Shown piece after piece: positions 53,801 to 64,000 of a stretch of DNA of 64,000 bases. Numbering within the stretch: the first letter of the stretch is position 1; each line of letters begins with the position of its first letter. Both the position numbers and the translations under genes were made by a program. The DNA is from the human T2T-CHM13v2.0 reference genome, Homo sapiens. The notes beneath the pieces are model-generated. The model saw nothing but the letters and a program-made list of their open reading frames with translations. It searched no databases and was not told where the DNA came from. The stretch lies in NCBI RefSeq assembly GCF_009914755.1, contig NC_060926.1; one strand, given 5' to 3'.

Positions 53801-56800
53801 CCAAAGTCATCCTTTTTAAATCCTTGTCCCACATCCAGGGCACAAGGGTGTGAGGGCTGGGCTCCCAAGGCCTTGGGCAGCTCTGCACCTGTGGCTTTGC
53901 AGTGTTCAGCCCCCGCAGCTGCCCTCATGGGCTGTGCTGGTGTTGAGTGCCTGGAGTTTTTAACCCATGGAGGGTATGAAACTTTTGTTGGGTCTATGAA
54001 TCTGGGATCTGCACGATGGTGGCCTCCAGTGTGGGGGCTCCAACCTCATATTTTCTTTCTGCACTGCCCTAGTAGAGGTTTCCCATGAGACTCTGCCTCT
54101 TGGGCAGCCTTCTGTCTGGACACCCAGGCATTTTCATACATCTTCCGAAATCTATATGGAGGCTCCCAAGTCTCTGGACTAGTGCTCCGTGCACCCACTG
54201 GCTTAACACTATATAGAAGTCACCAAGGCCTATAGCTTGCACCCTCTGAAGCAGTGACCCAAGCTGTACCTGTACATCTTTCAGCCAAGGTCAGAGCAGG
54301 AGCTGGGGCTGCTGGGATGCAGGCAGCAGTGTCCTGAGGCTGCACACAGCAGCAGGGCCATGGGGCTGGCCCAGGAAACCATTCTTCTCTCCTAAGTCCC
54401 AGGGCTTGTGACAGCAAGGGCTGCTGCAAACATCTCTGAAATGCCTCCAAGGCTTTTCCCCACATTGTCTTGGCTATTAGCACTGGCCTCCATTTTATGC
54501 AAATTTCTGGAGGCTTCATGAATTTTCCCCCTGAAAATCAGCTTTTCTCTTTGACCACTTGGCCAGGCTGCAAATGTTCCAAACTTTTGAGCTCTGCTTG
54601 CCATTTAAATAGAAATTCCAACTTGAGGTCATTTCCTCAGTCACACATAAGAGCACAGGCTGTTTGATGCAGACAGGATCCCTCTTGTGCTATGGTGCCT
54701 AGAAGTTCATTCCACCAGATATGCACTAAATTATCACCCTCAAGTTCAAAGTTTCACAGATCTTAAGGGCAAGATCGCCCTGCAGCCACGTTCTTTGCTA
54801 CAGCAAAACAAAAGTAACCTTGGCTCCTGTTCCCAGTAAGTTCCTCATTTTCATCTGAGACCTTGTAAGCCTGACCTTCACTGTCCTTCCTTCTGTCAGC
54901 ATTTTAATCAAAACTATTTAACAAGTCTCTACAATGGTCCAAACTTTCCCTCATCTTCCTGTCTTTTTTCAAGCTCTCCAAACTCTCCAACCTCTGGCTG
55001 TTACCCACTTCTGAAACTGCTTTACACTTTCAGCTATCTTTGTTGCAGTTTGGCACTCCTGCCTTTCACGCGTAAACCCAAAAACAATCCCCCCCAACTC
55101 TCCCCACCCCCTTAATACCCTCCACTCTCCCCCAGGGGAAACTTCAAGAAGGCTTCAGATATTTGCGTTAAAAAGAAGCCCAGTGCTGATAGCCAAGACA
55201 ATGGGGAAAAGTCCTTGAAGATATTTCATAGCTCCACTTTGCAGTACTTATTTTCTGTGTGGTAATAATGAAAAGGGGATTCATTGGCTCATGGGTCTGC
55301 AGGCTGTAAAGAAAGCATGGTGGCTTCTGCTTCTGGGAAGACTCAGGAAACCTCCCAATCATACCAGAAGGAAAGCAGCAATGAAATGTTTCATACAGCA
55401 TGAGTAGGAGAAAGACTGAGAGAGGAAAGAGGCATCACAGCCTGTTATACAACCAGATCTCCTGAGAACTCACTGTCACTAGGTCAGCATCAAGAAGATG
55501 GTGCTTAACCATTGGTGAAGGAGCCACCCCACAACACACCTCCACCCCCTATTGTTTCCAGACAGAAGCCTGCTGCAGAGACAGAGCCTCTTGGAAATCC
55601 TGTTCTATGGCAGTGCAGAAGGAAAACAAGGGCTTTGAGTTGCTATGCAGGAGGCCACCATCCTCTAGACCCCAGATTCATAGACCTACCAACAGTTCGC
55701 AGCCTCAGTATGGAAAAGCTATAGGCACTCAATACCAGCCCAGGCCATAAGGGCAGCCATGGGGGCTAAAGCCTGCAAAGCCACAGGTGCACTGGCCTGG
55801 TAGAGGTTTTCCATCAGCCTCTGCCTCTGCAGCATGCTACTCCCCCTTCCTACTACGCACCACCCTCCCACCACCCTACAGCCGGCCTACTGTTCCCCAC
55901 CCTACCCAACCCTTTTTTCTCCCACCCCCACACCTCCCATCCATGATTAAATAATCTCCCACCAGGCCCCACCTCCAACATTTGGGATTATAATTCCACG
56001 TGTTTTTCTAGAGGCACACAGCCAAATCATATTATGCTGACCCTGATCCCCCCAAATCTCATGCACTCCTCACACAGTAAAATACAATCATGCCTTTTCA
56101 AAAGTTTCCAAAAGCCTTAACTCATTCTCGCATTAACTCAGATGTGAAAAGTTAAGTCTCATCTGAGACAAGGCTACAGTCTCTTCTGCCTATGAGTCCC
56201 TGAAGTTAAAATGGCATTCATTTATTTCGAGGTACAATGATGGTACAGGTATTGGGTAAGTTTTCTCAATCCAAAGGGAAGAAATTTCCAAGAAAAATAA
56301 CACAAGTGGAACCATAGGCCCAATGCACACCCAAAACCCAGCAGGACAGTGTTCATTCAATCTCACAGCTCCAAAATCATGAAGAGAACTCACTCTCAGA
56401 AGGGCAGCATTAAGGAGATGGTGTTTAATCATTTGTGAAGGATCCACCCCCACTCCCACCTTTTACCCATAACCCCAACCAAACACAATCCCTCCCAACT
56501 CTTCCCACCCCCCCCAATACCCTCCAACTCTCCCCATCCCTCCCATCCAACCTCCACTCTCCACCATGATTAAATCACCTTCCACCAGCCCCCACCTTTA
56601 ACATTCCCCATTAAAATTCCACATGAGTTTTGGGAGAGACACAGAGCCAAATCATATTACTCTGTCCCGGGTCCCCCAAATCTCATGTCTTTCTCACATT
56701 GCAAAATACAATGATGCCTTCCCTACAGTCCCCCAAATCTTAACACACTCCAGCATTTACTGAAATGTCCAAAGCCCAAAGTCTTATCTGAGACAAGTCT

Positions 56801-59800
56801 ACAGTCCCTTCTGCCATGAGTCTCTGAATTATAAAGCAACTTAACTACTTCCAAAGTACAATGATTGTACAAGCAATGGGTAAGCATTCTCAACCAATAG
56901 AAAAAAAAATTGCTAGAAAGAAGCACAAAACACAGATGGGACTCATAGGATACATAAATGTCCAAAACCCAGCAGGCCAGTCACTCAATCCTACAGCTCC
57001 AGAATCATCCTTTTTGAAACCCTGTCCCAAATCCATGGCACAGGGGTGTGAGGGCTGGGCTCCCAAGGCCTTGGGCAGATCTGCACCTGTGGCTTTGCAG
57101 TGTTCAGCCCCTGCAGCTGCCCTGATGGACAGGGCTGGTGTTGAGTGCCTGTAGCTTTTCCATACTGAGGGTGCAAGCTGTTTGTGGGTCTATGAATCTG
57201 GGGTTTGGAGAATGATGCCTCCCTGTGTGGGGGCTTCAATCCTATATGTCCCTTCTTTGTTCCCCTAGTAGAGGTTTCCCAAGAGGCCCTGCCTCTTGGA
57301 AAAGCTTCTTTCCTGGACATCCAGGCATTTCTGTGCATCTTCTGGAGTCTAGACAGAGGCTCCCAAGCCTCTAGTCTCTTACTCTGTGCACCTGCTGGCT
57401 TATCATTATATGGAAACCATCAAGGCTTGGAGCCACCTCTGAAGCAGTAACCCAAGCTGTACCTGTGCATCTTTGAGCCATGGCTGGAGGTGGAGCTGCA
57501 GGAATGCAGCCAGCAGTGTCCTGAGGGTGCACAGAGCAATGAGGCCATGAAGCTTCCCCAGGAAACCATTTTTCTCTGCCAGGCCCTAGGGCCTGTGACA
57601 GCAAGGGCTGCTGCAGAGGAACCTGAAATGCCTTCAAGGCCTTTTTCCCATTGTCTTGGCTATTTGTACTGGGCTTGTTTTTATACAGATACCCTAAGCC
57701 GTCTTGAATTTTCCCCCTGAAAATCAGCTTTTCTTTTTGACGACTTGGCCAGGCTGCAGATTTTGCAAACTTTAGGTCTCCACTTCTCATTGAAATAGAA
57801 GTTCCAACTTGAAATCATTTCTTAGGTCACACATAAGAACACAGGCTGTGCAATGCAGGCAGGACACCTCTTGTGCTTTGCTGCCTAGATATTCATTCCA
57901 CCAGATACATCCTAAATCATCACCCCCAAGTTCATAGTTTCACAGATCTCCAGGGCAGGGTCACCGTGCAGCCACGTTCTTTGCTAAGGCCAATCAAATG
58001 TAACCTTGGCTCCTGTTCACAGGAAATTCCTAATTTTCATCTGAGACCTTTTAAGTCTGGACTTCAGTGTTTATCCTTCTGTCAGCCTTCTGATCGCAAG
58101 TATTTAACAATCCTCTACAGTGGTCAAATTTTCCTCATCTTGCTGTCTTCCAAGCTTTCCCAATTCTCCTGACCTCTGTCTTTTACCCACTTCTGAACCT
58201 GCTTCTACACTGTCAGCTATCTTTATCACAACCTGGCAGTGTGGTAAAAGAAGAAAAGTCCACTTTCAGGGAGAAAATTCATGAAGGCTTCAGTTATTTG
58301 CATGAAAAGGAGCTGAGTGCTGGTTGCCAAGAAAAGGGGAAAGGCCCTTGAAGGCACTTCATAGCTCCACTTCATAGCACTAATTTTCTCTATGATCATA
58401 AAGAAAAGAGGTTTAACTGGCTCATGGTTCAGCAGGCTGTAAAGGAGGCATAGCAGCTTCTGCTTCTGGGAAGTCTCAGGAAGCCTCACAACCATACCAG
58501 AAGGCCAAGGGGCAAGGAGATGTTTCATATGGCTGGAGTAGAAGCAAGACTGAGAGAGGAAAGAGGTGCCACACCTTGTTATGCAACCAGATCTCATGAA
58601 AATGCACTGTCACTAGGTCAGCATCAAGAAGATGGTGCTTAACCATTGGTGAAGGATCTGCCTCCCACCCCCACCTCCCACTGTTTCCAAGCAGCAGCCT
58701 GCTGCAGACACAGAGTTCTTGGGAAACCTCTACTAGGGCACTGCAGAAGGAAAATACGGACTTGGAGCCCCCACATCGCGGGCTACCACCCTCCAGATCC
58801 CAGATTCAGAGACCCACCAACAGCTTGCACCCTCAGTGTGGAAAAGCTACAGGCACTCAACACTGGTCCAGTCCATGAGAGCAGCCATGGGGGCTCAAAC
58901 CTGCAAAGCCACAGGTGCACTGCCCTAGTAATGGTTTTCCATGAGGCTCTGCCTCTGCAGCAGGCTACTCCCCCTTCCTACTACCCACCACCCTCCCACC
59001 ACCCTACAGCCAGCCTACTCATTCCCACCCTACCCACCCCTTTTTCCGTCCACACCCACCCCTGCCCATCCATGATTAAATCACTTCCTCCCACTCCCTC
59101 ATCTTTCTGTCATGCTCTAATCCCTCCAAACCCTCCCAATCTTTGTTTGCTACCCACTACTGAGCCTGCTTCTACTTTTTCAGGTATCTCTATAGCAGGT
59201 TGGCTATGTAGCAATAACACAAAACCCCATTTAAGGGGAAAAATTCAAGAAGACTTCAGAAATTGGCATATAAAGAAGCCCTGTGCTAATAGCCAAGACA
59301 AAGGGAAAAAGGCCTTGAAGATATTTCACAGCTCTCTCTGCAGTTCTAATTTTCTGTATTATTGTAAATGAAAGGGGTTTAATTGAATCACGGTTCTGCA
59401 AGCTGTGAAGGAAGCATAGTGTCTTCTGTTTCTGGAAGGAATCAAGAAGCCTCCTAATTATACGAGAAGCCAAGACAATGAGATATCTCCTAAGGCAGGA
59501 GTAGGAGGAAGACAGAGTGAGGAAAGAGGTTCCACAGCCTTTTGAACAACCAGATCTCATGAGAACTCACTCACTATCAGGAGGACAGCATCAAGGTGAT
59601 GGTCCTTTATCATTCGTGAAGAATCTACCCATACCCTTTTATAACTAAATCTTTTTCCACCTAGGCCCCACCTCTAACATTAGGGAGTATAATTCCACAT
59701 GGGTTTTGATAGGGACACAGAGACAAACCATATTATTCTGTCCCTGACCCCATGAACGGCATGTCCTTCTCACATTGCAAAATACAATCATGCCTTGCCA

Positions 59801-60590
59801 GAGTGAGTCTTAACTCATTTCAGCATTAACTCAAACTTACAAAGTCCAAAGTCTCATCTGAGTCAAGGCTACAGTCTCTTTTTCTTACGAGCCTCTGAAA
59901 TAAAAAGCAAGTTCACAGCTTCTAACGTATAATGATGGTACAGGCATTGTGTAAGCTTTCCATATTCAAAAGGAAGACATTTTCCAGAAAGCTTCTTATT
60001 TCTATCTGAGACCTCCTCAACCTGGCCTTCACTGTCCATGTTTCTGCCAGGATTTTTATCACAACCATTTAACCAGTCTCTAAGATAGTCCAAAAATTTT
60101 CTCATCTGTCTTCTTTTGAGCCCTCCAAACTCTTCCAACCTCTGCCCATTACCTAGTTACAAAGCTGCTTCCACATTTTCAGGTATCTTTATAGCAATGC
60201 TGCAATCGTCATTTGCCATTTTCTGTTTGATTCATTTTGAAAAAGAGGTTTAATTGGCTCATGGTTCTGCAGGGTTGACAGGAAGCACAGGGCTTCTGAT
60301 TCTGGGAGGCCTCAGAAATCTTTCAATCTTTGTACAAGGCAAAGAAAGAGTGAGTTGTCTCACATGGCAAGAGGAAAACACGCAGAGTAGGGAGGTGACG
60401 TAGAGTTTTCAGTGGCCAGATCTCATGAGAAGTCACTCATGATTGTGAGGATGGTACAAGGGGATGGTGCCGAACCATTCATGAGAAATTTGCCTTCATA
60501 AATCAATCGCCTTATACCAGGATCCACCTTCCACATTAGGAAATATAATTAAATATGAGATTTGGTGGGGACACATATTCGAATTGCATC
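38865..60590. repeat. Tandem array of ~3.1-kb rearranged MST (MaLR) LTR+internal units: six full units plus deleted/partial units, ending in an MST LTR
   Basis: Anchor CAACCAGATCTCATGAGAACTCAC recurs at ~38961, 42052, 45184, 46061, 49145, 52164, 55452, 58586, 59549 and 60416. MST LTR motifs (gaggtttaattggctcatggttctgcaggctgt) and MST-int motifs (aaagtctcatctgagacaaggc, caggcattgggtaa) occur in each full unit. Confidence 0.92.
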
Positions 60591-60591
60591 A

Positions 60592-61785
60592 TCAGTCTTT
60601 GAGTATAAAGACATGCACAGCAGGCTTTATCCAGCCAACTTATTTGAGACTCTTTACAGGGTTTGTGGTCTATAGCATATACACTAAAATATTCATACTT
60701 CAAAAAGCAGTAAAGTGGTATGATCATTCTTCCAAAATTTACAATGGTAGTTTAGGCATTCATGGCATGATTTAGTTCATGTTTGCTACTGTTTCTATTC
60801 TATCACCATATTAACTGTGTCCTACACAATTCTGTATTCAGCTGGATTTCAGTTGAGCACAAAACCATACTTGTGCTACCACGGATAGCTGGCACTAGCT
60901 CTTTGCTAGTGTTATTATTCTGTGTAGAAGGTATCCTTGAACTGGAAACAGTCCACAATCAAATATCTAGTCATTCAACGCTATCGATTACTGGATGACT
61001 TTTTGAAAAATTTGTATCTCTTGTTGCAAGAAATGCTGCATCTGTGATTTCATGTCTCTCATTCAAACTGGATGGAAGTGGTTAATTTCCACTGAAGTGG
61101 TGAAAGAATTCCTGTTCCTGTGATTCTGACGTCATCAGCCTCTGCATCGCTGTCTTCCCTTCTGCCACATGTTGCCTGCCCTCCGTGACTTTGGTAAGAA
61201 CTTCCTTGTGTATGTGGATGATGTTCAGGATGTTGGTCTGGTGTCCCTGAGACAGCACTAACAGGTCCATGACTGGGTCCAGGTCCTGCCTGGGCTGATT
61301 GGCAAAGAGCTCACTGACAGTGTTGAAGGCATCTGTGGTGAAGTGGATGGCCTGGTCCAGCTCCAAGGCCTGGCTGAGGCTGAAGAACTGGCAGCTTTCT
61401 GATGCTCTTTCTTAAAGCCTGTCACCATCACCTGCTTGCATGTCAACTCATTGGCTGTGAAGTTGAGGTGAGTGCCCTGTTGTCCATCTTCTTAGTGAAG
61501 CACTTGAAGCCGTCAACCTTGCTCTCCCACTCCTAAAGTTTGAGTGTCACCCTGGGGGTGGGCTCAGGGCCAGGGAGAATCTGGCACTCACCGTCTCATC
61601 CTTCTCAGCCTTCCTCTTGCCCTGCCTCCAGGCTGTCTCTTCAGTGCTGGTGGGGCACATCAGGAAGTGACAAAAGATGTGGCACTAGAAGCTGGTCTAG
61701 TGGTTCATCCACCAGATTAGGCCCTTTCTGCACTTGAACATAGAAGCCTCCTCAAGAGGGCCTGTGGTCTGCCTCTTGGCACCCA
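60592..61785 (-). pseudogene. SNX18: 5'-truncated processed SNX18 pseudogene (end of PX domain, BAR domain, 3' UTR)
   Basis: [102 protein letters not shown]. Continuous across the recalled exon junction; stops and indels; CDS ends at ~60975. Confidence 0.93.
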
Positions 61786-61913
61786 AGAAGCCCACAGTGC
61801 TGTAGGAGCCCTGATGCATGGACTGGAGCCCCAAAGGCAGCGCACACCCTGCTCCTGAACCTGCTGCTCATTTCCTATATGTGGCTCCATTTGCAGCACA
61901 GTTGTTGCACTGA

Positions 61914-62256
61914 GGCCTGTGCATGCCAGGCAAGGCCAAGCTGGCTCAAAGAGCAACCAGCCACCTCTGCAAGGGTGTGCCAGGAGCAGGTGGACCAGCC
62001 ACCAACCTCACTTGCTGCCAGTCAGGGTAAATCAGTTATTCTGCCCTAGAGGTAGGGCCCCAGTGCCATCTGCTTTTCCTCAGGCCTCTACTCCATCAGC
62101 TGTCAGGTGGTGGTCACTCAGGCTGTGGGAACCTGGCCATCCCTGTTTCCTTGAGTGGGTGAGGTTGGTGGCTGGTCCACCTGCTCTTGGCACACCCTTG
62201 CAGAGGTGGCCAGTTGCTCTTTAAGTCAGCTTGGACTTACCTGGCATGCACAGGCC
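61914..62256. repeat. Inverted repeat, 98-bp arms (61914-62011 / 62159-62256)
   Basis: ggcctgtgcatgccagg...ggtggaccagccaccaacctcac versus gtgaggttggtggctggtccacc...cctggcatgcacaggcc; 7 mismatches by eye. Confidence 0.92.
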
Positions 62257-63639
62257 CCGGGTACTGACAAGCTGCTCCGAGTGAGCTTGTCTTGTCTTGG
62301 GCCAAATTCTAAGTCTGGCCAGGGCCACAGAAGGCTGAGTCCCCTGGGTGGTAATCCTGGCTGCTGCAGGGAGGCCCATGGTGCTCCTCCCCTCCCAGGA
62401 CTCAGGATGAGGTTCAACTGGGACAGGACCCTTTAGGTATGGGACTTGTGCCCCAGGAGGGGGCCTCTGTCACACAGGTTGGCTAAGATGTATGGCATGC
62501 TTCTGGCTTCCAGGGATGTTGGGATGACACATTCACCCTTCCCTCCAGGGACCTCAAAATGACCAGCTTCCCCTTTGAGAATGACTTCCCAAGGCCTAGG
62601 AGCCATCTGGGGCTGCAGGGCAGCTGGCCGCATGCTGCCCTGGCTTCTTCCATGTTGTGCTGGTCACTCCCACCAAGGGGGGTCAGATGCAGGCACCATG
62701 AAGGGTGGTTGTCTCTGGACCTGCTTCTTGGTTATCATGGAGCTGGACTGGGCCTGGGTGAGAGGGCCTGATGGGGTTGTCCTGGGTCATCACGGGGGTG
62801 ATCAGAAAAGATGCAGAATGGAATTGCTGCGAGGATGAATGAGATGACTGTCAGCACAGAATAGGCACCCAGTGAGTGTTCAGGGATTACCCTCAGCAGC
62901 TGCCCAGAGGCCAAAACCACCCACCTGATAGCGACTGTCCCCAAGCCAGGAGAAAAAGAAGAGAGCAGGTCCCACTCACCTGAGTCTGATCAGTCAGCTG
63001 TGTTGAGATGTGCCTCTCACCTAGAAAATGGTCCTTCACGCAGAGCCACTCACAGACACGGCTGTGTGTCTCTAACTGCTCCACAACACAGAGGCGATGG
63101 GGGCTTAGCAACAGTGACATTGTGGGGTGACACAACCCACCACAATGGGAGCCTGCATGGGTCAACAGGGCCCAGAGTCAATGTCCTCTATCCCCTGAAC
63201 TGACATGTGTGGATGCAGTGTGTTTGTGCATGTGTGTGTGCCTGTATATGTGTGCACTTATGTGTGTGTTTCTCCTGCTTCTCTGGCCAGGCCTAGCTTC
63301 TCCACTCACGGGTGCACCCAGGTCATCACTGAGGGCTCATGGCCAGCATTAGAGCTTCTATAGGTGTTCCCCAATCTCTGCCTTCCCCACCCATGGTGGT
63401 CCTGGGGATGCAGACAGAGGAGGGGCACCAGGCACAGCAGAGAGGGCTGGCACCACCTCTAGGTGAAACACAGGTCATGTGTAAAGTTGTAGGTCGGCCA
63501 AGCAGTGCTGGATTCGACACATCTTCTCACCTTCTCTTTCCAGCCACCCTCCAAGGTGCCCTGACTCACCTTCTCTGCAGATGGAGGCAAGGAGACTCCA
63601 CAGACAAACCCCCTGCCTGAGGCCACACAGTGGCCAGCT

Positions 63640-64000
63640 GGCCAGGTTCCTACTGATCAGCCGCCCAGGACCAGGTTCCCACTGATGAGGCCTCTAATGA
63701 CCACTCCTCCATTTACCAGTTCCCACTGACCAAGTCCCCACTGACTATGTCTTCCTAACCAGGCTCACACTTAATAGGCCTCATAGGCCAGACCTCATTG
63801 ACCAATTTCCCACTGACCTGGTCCCCACTGACCAGGTTCCCACTGACAAGACCGCAATTTACCAGGTTGCTGCTCACCTGACCCCCACTGAACAATTTTC
63901 CATGGATCAGTCCCCAGCTGACCGAGCCCCCTCTGACCAGGCCCTCACTGACCAGGCTCCAAGCCACTAAGGCCCAACACTGACCAGGCACCTAGTATAC
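63640..64000. repeat. Second block of the 15-bp CCCCACTGACCAGGT minisatellite, running off the window end
   Basis: ccaggttcccactgat, ccagttcccactgac, caagtccccactgac, ctggtccccactgac, caggttcccactgac... Confidence 0.88.

Noticed and set aside
58646-59371. 241-aa ORF and similar recurrent ORFs in the array
   Set aside because: Low-complexity Pro-rich translation of MST-derived repeat; the frame is not conserved between units.

Overview
Primate (human-like) non-coding DNA that looks like a pericentromeric segmental-duplication mosaic; I see no intact protein-coding gene. It holds two inverted copies of a processed CNN2 pseudogene (1-441 minus; 11816-13985 plus, with TSD), a processed GXYLT1 pseudogene, a ZNF114-like zinc-finger remnant, and a processed SNX18 pseudogene. 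Unprocessed TBC1D26/TBC1D3-like exons are joined directly to CYP4F exons 7-9 on the minus strand. Repeats include a solo HERV-K(HML-2) LTR5, several Alus, L1, MIR and MaLR fragments, two blocks of a 14/15-bp CACTGACCA minisatellite, and a ~21.7-kb array of ~3.1-kb MST(MaLR)-derived units, each with three internal inverted segments. The most interesting signals are the phase-compatible TBC-CYP4F exon fusion, the fold-back macrosatellite, and recurrent inverted duplications at duplicon junctions. Gene and repeat family assignments come from my recall of the parent sequences, not from a database search. I cannot show a new functional system from sequence alone.
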